A stretch of 64,000 nucleotides of DNA. It comes from an uncultured Gammaproteobacteria bacterium (GTDB lineage: Bacteria; Pseudomonadota; Gammaproteobacteria; CAWCPV01). The stretch lies in contig CAWCPV010000004.1 of assembly GCA_963797555.1 (NCBI GenBank), forward strand, positions 32,001 through 96,000, given 5' to 3'. The notes beneath the pieces were generated by a model, which ran no database searches, was not told the origin of the DNA, and worked only from the letters and a program-made list of their open reading frames with translations. The position numbers and the translations under genes are program-made. Positions 52,181-63,635 of the stretch are shown here, piece by piece (the stretch's first letter is position 1; each line of letters starts with the position of its first letter).

Positions 52181-53016
52181 GTTACATCCTCCTCCTGATG
52201 GCCGGTCGTCGGCGACAACCGGCGTCCTCTTCATCTATCGCGATCCCCTGGCCCCCTGGAACTCCGCCAAGGCGACCGCCGTATCTGTTTCACGCATTTT
52301 CTTATGGCGGGGGCAGGCGCGGACGCGACCTTAGTCCCCCCTCCTGGTGGACAACTGAGCCTCGTTCATTCAAGACCGCCGGCACGTATGCCATAGGACT
52401 GCCCTGACCCCCGGAAGCGGGCTCCGCCAGGCAACCGCGGCGAACTGGAACTCCGAGACCACGGTGGCGGACCCTGTCCGAGTGCGATGCGCTTGGCTCC
52501 GGAACCCCGCGCCATCGACCCTCGGCCCGGTTTTTGCGCAGCCTGGATTGCCACGGACTCGCGAGCGCCCCTCCATCGTTCGCACCCAATGGGAGAAGCG
52601 CCCTCTGGGCCCGACTCGCGCGCTTGCGGGTGAGGCGAAGCTGAATGTGCCGACCCACCCGGGACGGGTCGCGCGCGTGGACGAGCCAGAGGGTGCGGCA
52701 CGAACTTGCCGTGCGGTGCCGCCCGGCACCAGCACTACGATGGCACAGCCAGCGACTAACTGAGGGCACTGCCGTCGTGCCGGTCCGAATCTGCTGCAGG
52801 AATTTTCCCGCACGGTCAACATGCGAGCAGTTGTCTGGCCAGCAGCACTCCCCGCTTCGCTCGACGCGCCGCGAAACGTACTCGCGGCGCTACCGCGGTC
52901 TCCAGGGCTCGCCGCTTCCTGCCTTCCATGGCTCCCCATAGCAAACTCTGCGACCCACCGTCTCAACGAGAGGTTAGTCCCTGGAGAGGGCGTGGTCAAG
53001 GCTCGCGCATCCCGCG

Positions 53017-53120
53017 TGTAGCGCCAAAAGTCCTAATATCCCCTTTTGGCGCTCGGAGGGGGACGCATGAGAGAAGGGGTCATTACGATGAGCCGGAGAG
53101 AGTTGGAGCGGCTGCAGAGG
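53017..53120 (+). pseudogene. ISNCY/IS1202-like transposase N-terminal remnant
   Basis: TGT-starting end with hairpin AGCGCCAAAAG/CTTTTGGCGCT, then MREGVITMSRRELERLQ. Confidence 0.45.
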
Positions 53121-53221
53121 GGGCAAAACACCCTTGCAAGTCACGAAGGACGGGTATCAATCGCACTCTCAGCTCTTTTTCGCAAGCTGCATGATCGTGC
53201 GGGACTTGATACCAACGCCAA

Positions 53222-53914
53222 TCACGCTTGCGCGCCCGCCGGCCTCAGCACCTGCACCCGGCGCATGGACCGGCGAGCCAGCCGTCTGTCGATGATGTTT
53301 TTCAGCGCGATGATTAGTCCCAATCCGATAAAAGCACCGGGCGGCAGAACCGCCAGCAGGAAGCCCCGGTAGTTCTCGATCAGGGTCACCGTCAGCCACT
53401 CCGTGCCGTGCCCGAACATGAGGTACGCATGATCCAGGAGGGTGCCGTGGCCCAAGACTTCTCGCAACCCGCCGAGCGCCACCAGTACGCCCGTGAAACC
53501 GAGCCCTATGCTGAGTCCGTCCAAGAAGGCACAGTCCACCGGGTTTTTTGAAGCGAACGCCTCGGCCCGCCCGATGACCGAGCAGTTGGTCACAATCAGT
53601 GGGATAAAGATGCCCAGGATCTTATAGAGTTCGTGCCAGTAGGCGTTCATCGCTAGCTCTATGGCCGTGACGAAGCAGGCGATGACCAGCACGAAGACCG
53701 GAATCCGCACCTCGGGCGGGACCAGATGGCGTATGAGGGACACCGTGACGTTGGTGCCGACCAGCGTGAGGGTCGTGGCGAGTCCCAGACCGAGCCCGTT
53801 GATCACGGTGCTGGAAACGGCGAGCAGCGGACACAGGCCGAGGAGCTGTACCAGCCCCGTGTTGTTGGTCCACAACCCATCCCGGGCGATGCGTGCGTAT
53901 TCCCCACTGCTCAC
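53222..53914 (-). CDS. rnfE: Rnf/Rsx complex subunit E
   Basis: [26 protein letters not shown] and LPPGAF motifs. Confidence 0.95.
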   Translation of the reverse strand: MSSGEYARIARDGLWTNNTGLVQLLGLCPLLAVSSTVINGLGLGLATTLTLVGTNVTVSLIRHLVPPEVRIPVFVLVIACFVTAIELAMNAYWHELYKILGIFIPLIVTNCSVIGRAEAFASKNPVDCAFLDGLSIGLGFTGVLVALGGLREVLGHGTLLDHAYLMFGHGTEWLTVTLIENYRGFLLAVLPPGAFIGLGLIIALKNIIDRRLARRSMRRVQVLRPAGAQA

Positions 53915-54558
53915 TGACCGGGCCTCTCGTGGTGGGGAGCGGCAAAAAGCTCATCGCGGTGGGACACGAAGTATTCTAGGGTTCGATGAACGGCGTTTAC
54001 AACCGCTCGGGGGGTGATGGTGGCGCCGGCGAATTGGTCGAACGCACCCCCGTCACGCTTCACCTTCCACTGCTTGGGTGGCGGATTCCCCAGCGAGTGC
54101 CCGTTGAACCCCAATATCCAGTTGGAGCGCTGCTCTTCGATGGCATCGCCCAGTCCAGGGGTCTCTTGGTGGGAGACCACCCGAACTCCGGCGACCACGC
54201 CGTCGTAGCCGACTGCCACCAGCAGAGAGATGGGTCCGCCGTAACCGTCCGGAGCGACCGGGGTTAGGATCGCGGCCACGGGCTTTCCGTCCTTACGCGC
54301 CCGGTAGACGGTCACCGGCTGACTGGTGCCCAGCGCCTGCGGCGCCTTCACCCGAACGGTGTCCTGGAGCAGATTGTTGTCGTAACGCTGAGGCGGCACC
54401 AACGCCTGGAGCTCCCGGAGCAACGCCTCACGCTGGTTTCGCACAATGCGTTCTTTGGTCGTCTCGTAGGTCGTCGCAACGAGACCCGCGCCGACCAGCG
54501 CGAACGCAGCCAGCAGCAGCGCCGTCTGCAGCATATGACGCAGCGCAGAAGCAGTCAC
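53911..54558 (-). CDS. rnfG: Rnf/Rsx complex subunit G
   Basis: [17 protein letters not shown] and FMN site FAGATIT. Confidence 0.93.
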   Translation of the reverse strand: MTASALRHMLQTALLLAAFALVGAGLVATTYETTKERIVRNQREALLRELQALVPPQRYDNNLLQDTVRVKAPQALGTSQPVTVYRARKDGKPVAAILTPVAPDGYGGPISLLVAVGYDGVVAGVRVVSHQETPGLGDAIEEQRSNWILGFNGHSLGNPPPKQWKVKRDGGAFDQFAGATITPRAVVNAVHRTLEYFVSHRDELFAAPHHERPGQ

Positions 54559-55589
54559 CGCCCAGTATGACCAAACACGCGTGGCTGGGTGTAACGGTCG
54601 ATAGTGGGCGCGGCCATATTCATTAGCAACACCGCGAAGGCGACCCCATCCGGATAGCCGCCCCAGGTTCGGATGACGTACGTAAGCGCACCCACGCCGG
54701 CCCCGAAGATCAGTTGACCGTGTGGCGTCGAGCAGCCCGACACCGGGTCCGTCGCGATGAAGAACGCCCCCAGCATGGCCGCTCCGCTGAACAGGTGAAA
54801 GAGCGGCGAAGGGTGCGTGTCGGGATCCATGAGGAAGAACACCCCGGCGGCGGCAAACAGGGTGCCCAGCATCGCCGCAGGCACGCGCCAGGTGATGACC
54901 TTCCTCACCACGAGCCAGACGCCGCCGAGGAAGAACCAGTTGCCCAGCCACTCCCAACCCTTGCCGCCGAAGTCCCCGAACAGCGCGCTGGCGCGGATCT
55001 CGCTCACCGTCCGTGCCAGGCCGAGCTGCGTCTTCACCGTATCCAGCGGGGTGGCCATGGTCACGCTGTCCAGTGTGAGGCCCTGCGGGAGGCGGCCGGT
55101 GAGAATCGCGGCCAGGGTCTGCAGCGGATCGAGGGGGTGGCTGTTCAACATCTCGGGCGGTAGCCAGGCGGTCATTTCGCGCGGGAACGAGACCAGCAGG
55201 ACCACGTAGCCGATCATGGCGGGGTTGAAGGGGTTATGCCCCAGACCCCCATAGATATGCTTGCCGAACACGATCGCGAAGAGTGCTCCCAGTGCGGTCA
55301 GCCACCACGGCGACAGCGGGGGCAGCGCCAAGGCCAACAGCACGGCGGTCACGACCGCGCTGCCGTCGGTAAGATAGGAGTGCAAGGGACGACCCCGCCA
55401 GCGGAGAACCGCCGCCTCGGCAGCGAGAGCGGTGGTTGCCGCGATGGCGATGTTGATGAGCAAACCCCAGCCGAAGTAGAAGACATAGGCCGCGATGCCG
55501 GGCACCAGCGCAAGCAGCACCTGGCCCATTACCGAGGTCACAGTCGCGGGCCCGTGGATATGAGCCGAGCCGCCCGTCCCGAAGCGCAT
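54555..55589 (-). CDS. rnfD: Rnf/Rsx complex subunit D
   Basis: YGGLGHNPFNPA, TMATPL, FIATDP and GGYPDG motifs. Confidence 0.95.
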   Translation of the reverse strand: MRFGTGGSAHIHGPATVTSVMGQVLLALVPGIAAYVFYFGWGLLINIAIAATTALAAEAAVLRWRGRPLHSYLTDGSAVVTAVLLALALPPLSPWWLTALGALFAIVFGKHIYGGLGHNPFNPAMIGYVVLLVSFPREMTAWLPPEMLNSHPLDPLQTLAAILTGRLPQGLTLDSVTMATPLDTVKTQLGLARTVSEIRASALFGDFGGKGWEWLGNWFFLGGVWLVVRKVITWRVPAAMLGTLFAAAGVFFLMDPDTHPSPLFHLFSGAAMLGAFFIATDPVSGCSTPHGQLIFGAGVGALTYVIRTWGGYPDGVAFAVLLMNMAAPTIDRYTQPRVFGHTGR

Positions 55590-57166
55590 CAGTCGACCTC
55601 GGCGCCGCGTTCCTCCCCGGCCTCCCGCGGGGTACCGGTCTCGCCCTGCCGCCGCGCTTGCGCACGAGCCAAGGCAGCCTGGATGACCGCCTTTTTCCCC
55701 TCTTGGTCCACACCGTCACCGAGCTGGGCTTTCTTCTGGGCCATGCGCGCCGCCCGGTCGGCCTTCTCCCGCTGCAGCCTTTCCTGGCGCAATTCGAATC
55801 GCCGGCGCGCGAGATCCGCCTTCTCGCGCTCGCGCTCCAACGCCCAGATCTCGGACTTGGCGTGGCGGTAGTATTGCACCAGGGGGAGGTTGCTGGGGCA
55901 CACATACGCGCAGCAACCGCACTCGATGCAATCGAAGAGCTTGTAGTCCTGCACGGTGTCGAAGTCCTTCGCCCGCGCGTACCAGTAGAGCTGTTGCGGC
56001 AGCAGCCGGACCGGGCAGACCGCCGCACACGCTCCGCAACGGATGCACGGCAGCACCGGGCGCGGAGCCGGCAAATCTGTGGCCGTGGCGGCGAGAATAC
56101 AGTTCGTCGTCTTGACCACCGGAACCTGATCGCTGTGCAGTGCGATTCCCATCATGGGTCCACCCATGACGAGGCGCTGGATGCGCTCGGTATCGGCGGC
56201 GCATTGGTCCAGCAACTCGGAGACGGGCGTGCCCAGGAGCACATCGAGATTCCGCGGCTCCGCGACCGCCCCGCCGGTCACGGTGACTACCCGCGAGACC
56301 AAGGGATGGCCGCGGTTGACCGCGCGGTGTATTGCCGCTGCGGTCCCGACGTTGTGACAGACGACTCCAACGTCCGCCGGCAGCGCCCCGCTGGGCACCT
56401 CCTTGCCCGTCAGCACCTTGATGAGCTGCTTCTCGCCGCCCGCGGGATAGAGGGTCGGCACAGCGACCACTTCCACCTCACCCGCAACTCCTTGCTTGGC
56501 TACCTCGGCGCTCAATGCTTCAATAGCGTCCGGCTTGTTGTCTTCGATCCCGATCACACAGCGCCGCGCACCGAGGACATGGCCCATCACCTGAGCACCC
56601 GACACCACCTCCTCAGGCCAGGTGCGCATGAGCATATCGTCGCAGGTGATGTAGGGCTCGCACTCCGCCCCGTTCAGAATGAGCAGCCCGACCTCTAGGT
56701 CGGGACCGGGATTGAGCTTGATGGAGCTGGGAAAGCCGGCCCCGCCGAGTCCGACGATGCCGGCCTCCCGGATGCGGTTCCTCAGGACGCCAGGATCTTC
56801 TCGCCTGAAATCGGGCACGGGCTTCGCTTCCACCCACTGATCGAGGCCGTCCGGCTCGATCAGGATGCATGGCGCGCTTAGGCCGGAGGGATGCGGAACC
56901 GGGTACTCGCCGACGGACACCACCCGCCCGGACGTGGGGGAGTGTGCGGGCACGCTGACGTACCCTCTCGCGCGGGCGACGATCTCCCCTTTGAGCACCC
57001 GTTGACCGGCCTGGACGACGGGCTCGGCGGGCTCTCCAATATGCTGCTGCAGCGGCACCATGAGGCGGGGCGGAAGGCGCGCCGGCACGACGGGAAGGCG
57101 CGTGGATTCCTCCTTGCGTGCAGGCAGATGGAGGCCGCCCGGGAAGCCCCAAAGCCTAGGCTGCAT
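55589..57166 (-). CDS. rnfC: Rnf/Rsx complex subunit C
   Basis: [28 protein letters not shown] and CIECGCC..CP motifs. Confidence 0.95.
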   Translation of the reverse strand: MQPRLWGFPGGLHLPARKEESTRLPVVPARLPPRLMVPLQQHIGEPAEPVVQAGQRVLKGEIVARARGYVSVPAHSPTSGRVVSVGEYPVPHPSGLSAPCILIEPDGLDQWVEAKPVPDFRREDPGVLRNRIREAGIVGLGGAGFPSSIKLNPGPDLEVGLLILNGAECEPYITCDDMLMRTWPEEVVSGAQVMGHVLGARRCVIGIEDNKPDAIEALSAEVAKQGVAGEVEVVAVPTLYPAGGEKQLIKVLTGKEVPSGALPADVGVVCHNVGTAAAIHRAVNRGHPLVSRVVTVTGGAVAEPRNLDVLLGTPVSELLDQCAADTERIQRLVMGGPMMGIALHSDQVPVVKTTNCILAATATDLPAPRPVLPCIRCGACAAVCPVRLLPQQLYWYARAKDFDTVQDYKLFDCIECGCCAYVCPSNLPLVQYYRHAKSEIWALEREREKADLARRRFELRQERLQREKADRAARMAQKKAQLGDGVDQEGKKAVIQAALARAQARRQGETGTPREAGEERGAEVD

Positions 57167-57713
57167 CCACGGCATCCAGCCGCTTCTCTGGATCAGGCCA
57201 TCTCCAGGTCTCCACGTCCGTCTTGACGGCTGCCATGTGGATGCAGTCCACCGGGCATACCGGCATGCACAGCTCGCAGCCAGTGCACTCCGAGGCGATG
57301 ACGGTATGCATCTGTTTGGCCGCCCCCAGGATAGCGTCCACGGGGCACGCTTGGATGCACAGCGTACAGCCGATGCAGAGCTGCTCCTCGATCCAGGCCA
57401 GCATGTCCGGCTTGTGCGTTCCGTGCTCGGCGCTGAGCGGCTTGGGGTCACGCCCCAGCAGGTCAGCCAGTGCCCGGATGGTGTTGTCGCCCCCGGGCAC
57501 GCACTGGTTGATGTCCGCCTCCCCGCTAGCGACTGCCTCGGCATACGGTTGGCAACCCGGGTAGCCGCACTGCCCGCACTGGGTCTGCGGGAGCAGCCCG
57601 TCGATCATGCCGGCGACCGGGTCGCCCTTCACCCGAAAACGCACCGCCGCGAAGCCCAGCAGGCCGCCCAAGACGGCCGCCAAGGCGGTAAGGGCCAGCA
57701 GCGCCGCCAGCAT
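57156..57713 (-). CDS. rnfB: Rnf/Rsx complex subunit B
   Basis: [26 protein letters not shown] and CTGCELC motifs. Confidence 0.95.
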   Translation of the reverse strand: MLAALLALTALAAVLGGLLGFAAVRFRVKGDPVAGMIDGLLPQTQCGQCGYPGCQPYAEAVASGEADINQCVPGGDNTIRALADLLGRDPKPLSAEHGTHKPDMLAWIEEQLCIGCTLCIQACPVDAILGAAKQMHTVIASECTGCELCMPVCPVDCIHMAAVKTDVETWRWPDPEKRLDAVDAA

Positions 57714-57718
57714 GCCTA

Positions 57719-58300
57719 TCAGCCTCGGACCAGGCCCGAGAAACCCATGAACGCAAGGGACATCAGCCCTGCGGTGATCAGCGTTATGGGGGCGCCCACG
57801 AAAGGCCAGGGCACGTCGGCCGCCGCCAGCCGTTCGCGGATTCCTGCAAACAACGCGAGCACCAAGGCGAAACCGGCCGCGGCTCCGAAACCATAGAGAG
57901 CCGATTCCACGAAGCCGTGCTGCAGTTGAGTATTGAGGAGCGCCACACCCAGCACCGCGCAGTTGGTGGTGATGAGCGGGAGGAAGATGCCCAGCACTCG
58001 ATATAGCAAGGGGCTGGTCTTGTGCACGACCATCTCAGTGAACTGGACTACCGCCGCGATGACGAGGATAAAGGTAATGGTCCGCAGGTAGTCCAAACCG
58101 AGGGGCATGAGCAGGTACTCGTCCACGAGATAGCTGCACACCGACGACAGGGTGAGGACGAAGGTGGTTGCCAGGCCCATGCCCGTGGCGGTCTCCACCT
58201 TGCGGGAGACCCCCATGAACGGGCAAAGCCCCAGGAACTTCACCAGCACGAAGTTGTTCACCAGAACCGTGCTGATGAGGATCAGGGCGTATTCTTTCAT
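57719..58300 (-). CDS. rnfA: Rnf/Rsx complex subunit A
   Basis: [18 protein letters not shown] and [12 protein letters not shown] motifs. Confidence 0.95.
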   Translation of the reverse strand: MKEYALILISTVLVNNFVLVKFLGLCPFMGVSRKVETATGMGLATTFVLTLSSVCSYLVDEYLLMPLGLDYLRTITFILVIAAVVQFTEMVVHKTSPLLYRVLGIFLPLITTNCAVLGVALLNTQLQHGFVESALYGFGAAAGFALVLALFAGIRERLAAADVPWPFVGAPITLITAGLMSLAFMGFSGLVRG

Positions 58301-58634
58301 GGGAACGCGCCGGCATACGTTCGAGCCGAGACAGGCTCACCGGTCATGGCGATATTCGCCGCCCCCCAATGTGAAAACGGGTTCCGCCGCCATGACCGGT
58401 CGCCTAACCCCGCACGTCCCGTCCCTCAGCGCCGGACTCGCCTGCCGAAGACCGGAGCGATCGTTCCCTGCTCCCTCCGGCAGAACAGCTACGGACGAGG
58501 CGAATGAGAGACACAAAGGGCACCTGCGGCGCATTCTCACGGTACGGAATAGTATGCTGTCCCCGCCGGTTCAGGACAACCGCATGCCAAGCCAGGGAAA
58601 GCGCCGACCCCGACCGCTCGCGTGATTGCTGCGG

Positions 58635-60750
58635 CTATCTGATACGCAGCCCCGGCACCGCCCCGGGATCGGGCCCAATAAGCCACAGGTCTTTCCCCCC
58701 TGGGCCCGCCGCGAGGACCATCCCCTCGGAGACTCCGAAGCGCATCTTGCGCGGTGCCAGGTTGGCCACCAGAACCACCAGCCGCCCCTGGAGGTCCTGC
58801 GGGCTGTACGCCGAGCGGATACCGGCGAACACGTTGCGGGTCTCCCCGCCGAGGTCCAGGGTCAGCCGAAGCAGCTTGTCGGCCCCCTCGACATATGCCG
58901 CCTTCACCACTCGGGCAACCCGCAGGTCGACCTTGGCGAAGTCCTCGTAGCCGATCTCCCGCAAGGACAGGCTCTCCCGGCGCCTGCGCCATGGCCTCTT
59001 TACGGGAGGCAGCCTCCTCCCGAGCAGCCGCGAGCATCGCCTCGACCTGCCTGCCCTCGATGCGCCTCGCGAGGTGCTCGTATGGCCGGATGACATGGTC
59101 CGTGAGCGGCGGGCTCGAAGCATCCGCCCACGTGAGCGGAGGGATGTCCAGGAACGCCTCCACCTTCTCCGCCATCTTCGGGAGCACGGGCTTGAGATAT
59201 AACGTCAGGAGCCGGAAGGCGTTGACGCCGATGCTGCACACGACATGCAGCTCCTGGTCTTTCGACGAATCCTTGGCCAGATCCCAGGGTTTGAATTCAT
59301 CGATGAAGCCGTTTGTCAGATCGGCCAGACGCATGACCTCGCGGAGCGCCTTGCCGTACTCGCGCATTTCGTAAAGCTGGGAAATATCCGTGCTTCGCTC
59401 ACTGATCTCCTCCAGTACCTCGACCCGCTTTACCGCCCGCGGGACTGCGGCCAGCCGCTCGCCTCCCAAGGGAGGGCTGGCCAGGCGGTCCAGGTGTTCT
59501 GGTATCCCTGGGCTTTCGAGGCTGGGTGCCAGCCGCCCTTCGAAACGCCTGGTGATGAAGCCCGCCGTCCGCGCTGCAATGTTCACGTACTTGCCCACCA
59601 AGTCGCTGTTCACCCGAGCGGCGAAGTCGTCGAGGTTCAGGTCGATATCCTCGACCAAGGGGTTGAGCTTCGCGGCGAAGTAATAGCGCAGGTACTCGGG
59701 GTCGAGGTGGTCCAGGTAGGTGCGGGCCCGGATGAAGGTGCCGCGCGACTTGGACATCTTCTCTCCGTTGATGGTGAGGAATCCGTGCGTGAAGATGGCA
59801 TCGGGCTTGCGAAACCCCGCCCCCTCCAGCATCGCCGGCCAGAAAAGCGCGTGGAAGTACACGATGTCCTTGCCGATGAAGTGATACAGCTCGGTGCCGG
59901 ACTCCCTCCCCCACCACTCGTCGAAGGAAAGATTCAGGCGAGCGCACAGATCCTGGAAGCTCGCCATGTAGCCGACCGGCGCGTCCAGCCAGACGTAGAA
60001 GTACTTGCCCGGGACGTCCGGGATCTCGAAGCCGAAATACGGCGCATCCCGCGACACGTCCCAGTCGCGCAGACCTTCCTGGAACCACTCCTCCAGCTTG
60101 TGGGCGACCTCCGGCTGCAGATGCCCGCCGTGAATCCACTCGCGCAGCATAGGAGCAAAAGCCTGCAGCTCGAAGAAGTAATGCTCCGACTCCCTCTGCA
60201 CCGGTGGAGCGCCGGACAGGACCGAGACGGGGTTCTTCAGATCCCAAGGCGAGTAGGTCGCACCGCATACCTCGCAGCTATCTCCGTACTGGTCTCGTGC
60301 TCCACAGCGCGGACACTCCCCCCGAATGAAGCGGTCCGGCAGGAACATCTCCTTGATCGGGTCGTAAGCCTGGGTGACGGTGTGCGTGGCGATGTGGCCT
60401 CCGTCCCGCAGCCGCTGGTAAATCAGATACACCAGTTCGCGGTTCTCCGGGGAGTGGGTGGTGTAGTAATTGTCGAACGCGACGGCGAAATCCTCGAAGT
60501 CGGCCCGGTGCTCGCGACCGACCCGTTCGATCAGTTCCTCCGGTGAAATGCCGTCTTGGGCGGCCCGCAGCATGATGGGCGTACCGTGGGCGTCGTCGGC
60601 GCACACGTAATAGCACTCGTGGCCGCAGAGCTTGTGGTAACGGACCCAGATGTCCGTCTGGACGTATTCCACCAAGTGACCTAGGTGGATGGGCCCGTTG
60701 GCGTACGGCAGCGCGCTGGTCACCAGTATCCTGCGGGGAGTGTCGGCCAT
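58635..60750 (-). CDS. metG: Methionine-tRNA ligase (frameshift near 58960, before the C-terminal tRNA-binding domain)
   Basis: [13 protein letters not shown], zinc knuckle and KMSKS. The C-domain DFAKVDLRV...[15 protein letters not shown] is in a shifted frame. Confidence 0.95.
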
Positions 60751-61582
60751 CGTCGTGGAGGAGATCCCGTCAAAAGTTGTTAAATTATCACCGAGCAGGC
60801 GCGGCCGCCAATGCAGCCGGATAACCCTGGGGTCCGCAGTGGCACTGGGCGACGCTAGACCGCTGACCGTCGATTCAGCCAGCGACCCCGCAAGTCCCAG
60901 GTGGCCGAATGCCACGGGGGAAAGACCATAGTCGCGAAGCGTGCGGTCGTGAATACTTTGTTTCTCTTGGCGCGTACTGGCCACAAGGCGGCAGCACGGA
61001 GCACCGAGCCTTGACCCGACAGGAATGTCCAGAAGGTTACATCGATCTCGAACGACGGTTTCGGGACTTTTCTGACGCGGAGAGCCCGGAGGACGCCTTC
61101 GTGAGGAGTTACCTCGCCGCGGCCAGGGAGGCGAAGCCGGTCTAGGTGGAACGAGGAAGTACAGATTCCTCCCGGCGGGGCCTATGGCGCCAAGGTCGCT
61201 ACTGCCGAGCTTGAAACGCATGGGTTCAGGATCTGGCCGACCAGATCGATGAGCTTTGGCGGGTGACTGCGGGGCATGCGCTGCACATCAAAGTCACGGT
61301 GGAGTTCGGGGAAGCGGGCAAGGTTGATCAGCCGGTGGTCGGTGGGGTCCATGCCATCCTGAGCAGGGTCAAACCCGGGTGGAAGGTGAGTTGAATGGAC
61401 GTTGAGAGGCAGACAAGGCCTGATGTCTATGGACGTCCGGGGAGTCTTTTGCATGACCCCGGTTTCGCGAGCGCGACCCTGGCGCGCGCATGTACCCGCT
61501 TGACGGCAGGATTGAGAGTGCCCGTTGGACAGAGAAACGACGACTAGAGTTGACTATATGATGCAGATATAAGCTTTCCAGC

Positions 61583-61611
61583 TTGACAATGTAAAATCAC
61601 TCACCGATAAT
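61583..61611 (+). promoter_or_regulatory. Sigma70-type promoter
   Basis: TTGACA-17 nt-GATAAT in an AT-rich stretch upstream of 61681. Confidence 0.65.
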
Positions 61612-61680
61612 GCAGCAACGGATATGCTCGCGAGCTGGCACTTCCGCCCGCGGCCCAACCGTCAGTTCACAGGTCTCCAT

Positions 61681-62256
61681 ATGGCGGAAAACGAGACGCT
61701 GGACCTACGACAGACCCCGCGCTGGAACCACGCCAGGCAGTTGCTGGAACGGGGTGCTTCGCCCGAGGAGGTTGCCGCCGAAGTCCGCCGCTGTCTCCAC
61801 TGGACGCTCAGGCGCTTGGGGGAGCTGATGCCGATGCCGCTCGCGGATCTCATTCGGTGCGCCGCCGCAGGCGATCCGCGGGTGGCTGCCATGGTCCGCG
61901 AAGCACGGAAGGCGCGCGACTATGTTCAGATCATCGAACGACTCGGAAGTTTCTGCCGTGACGACCCTGAGGCGCTCGCTCGCCGCGTCATCGGCACGAT
62001 CGCCGGACGCTTCTTTGACCAGGAATGCGAGCGCCTCGTCCCGAGTGAACGTCTGCCCACGTTTCAGGAGTTCGAGCGGGCGAGGCACGATATCGAGACG
62101 CGCCTGGCGGCTCCCATCAAGGCGCTCGCACGAGAACTGCTGGAGCATCCCGAGCGTTCGCATCGGATGCCGGCTTCGCTGAAAAAGGCGCCAGATGATG
62201 CCTTGCGGTCGACACTCAGCATGTCGCTCTTGGCCGAACCAGCGAAACACGGATGA
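61681..62256 (+). CDS. Hypothetical alpha-helical protein coupled to the QueC-like gene
   Basis: Long ORF downstream of a strong promoter; stop overlaps the next start (ATGA). Confidence 0.7.
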   Translation: MAENETLDLRQTPRWNHARQLLERGASPEEVAAEVRRCLHWTLRRLGELMPMPLADLIRCAAAGDPRVAAMVREARKARDYVQIIERLGSFCRDDPEALARRVIGTIAGRFFDQECERLVPSERLPTFQEFERARHDIETRLAAPIKALARELLEHPERSHRMPASLKKAPDDALRSTLSMSLLAEPAKHG

Positions 62257-63606
62257 GCGCGAGGACCGCGACATATCAGGTCACGTATGACCCGCATTCG
62301 CCCCTGAGCCCCGATGTCGTGGGAGCAGCGGTGCGTTATCACCTGGACGAGGAGGGCTTCAGCCGGCGTCTTCTGTCGCAGCCGGCCGCTCGCCTCCAGG
62401 ACCTCCTCCGCATCGCTATGGGGATTTATGCGGTAGACCGACGGGAGAAGCGGTCGTACCGCTCGACGTGGGCGGGACCATCGAGGGACATCACGGTCCA
62501 GATTCAGGTTGAAGATCTCGGCTTTTGGTCCGACAAGCAGGTCGCCGGGCTGATTCAGGACATCGTCAGGTTTCTCAGCGATGACTTCTGGGATGTCTCC
62601 TTTATTCCTCGCACGGGCAAGGGCCGCTCCCGTGCCGAGTTCCTGCCCTTTCCGAGCGAGTCTGATCCCCTGGTCTGCCTGTACAGCGGTGGTCTGGACT
62701 CGGCCGCTGGACTCGCCAACCGGCTGCGCCAGCACCAAGGACCAGTTTACGCGGTGACAGCCGCCCACCGCCCGGAGCTGAAGGGGCGGTGCGAACGGCA
62801 CGCTCGGACGCTGTCGGCCCACTACCGCCGGAATGGTTCCGGCCGCTTCATCCACCACCCTACGCAATCCCCCGCGGATGGCATACCAGGAGCTGAGCCA
62901 ATGCTGCCGGGCTTTCCTGTTCACCACGCTCGGGGCCGTGACCGCCATCGAACACGGGGCCGAGAGGGTCGAGGTGTATGAGAATGGCGTCGGTGCGGCC
63001 AACCTGCCGCCCATGACGGGGATGTGGGTTGGGGGACGCAGCACCAAAGGCTGTCATCCCCACTTCCTTCGCCTCATGGGTGAGCTGGCCAGCCGGGTTG
63101 CCGAGCGCAAGGTTGGCTTCGTACTGCCCTTCGCAGACAGGACCAAAGCGCAGACGGTCCATACCCTAATAGAAGACGGCCTCGAGCGACTCGCCTTCGA
63201 TACCGTGTCGTGCGTGCACCATTCGCCCCGTGTATCAGGCGGCAAGCAATGTGGGACCTGTTTCGCCTGCCTAGGTCGAAGACAATCCATGCTGACAGCG
63301 GGATTTCAGGAGCCGGCGGGAGCGTACCTGTACGACCTCTTCGGTCCGGAGGCTGGCCGCGTCCCTGGGTCGTACCTTCACGAGCTGAAGGCCACCCTGA
63401 TGCAGGTGGACCAACTGCGCTGCATCACTTCGGAAACAGTGCTGCCCGAGCCCTTGCGGCCGTGGCTCATAGGAACCCATGTCGTCCGCGACGTGTCGGA
63501 GGTCCGCCCATGGCTGGCCGCACTGGCCCGCTATCGCGACGAGTGGCTGGCTCTGGCCGAGCGCTGTCGGCAGGAAGGTGCAGGCTGGCCGCGGTGGCTG
63601 AATTAG
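62253..63606 (+). CDS. QueC-family (QatC-like) PP-loop protein (frameshift near 62830-62860)
   Basis: DLLRIAMGIYAVDR, LYSGGLDS, R.FLF, YENG, STKGCHP.FL, TK...TVSC and QCGTCFACLGRR motifs; about 450 aa, roughly twice canonical QueC. Confidence 0.85.
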
Positions 63607-63635
63607 CGACTACGACACCAACGAGAACCATCGGC

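Noticed and set aside
52200-53000. Possible sigma54 promoter or riboswitch upstream of sqr
   Set aside because: GG/GC spacing does not fit -24/-12 and no riboswitch consensus was recognisable.
60800-61500. Short ORFs upstream of metG
   Set aside because: No recognisable motifs; possibly gene debris at the defence-locus junction.
62253-63606. Canonical queuosine biosynthesis queC
   Set aside because: About twice the canonical length, with extra N- and C-terminal regions and no queD/queE neighbours.
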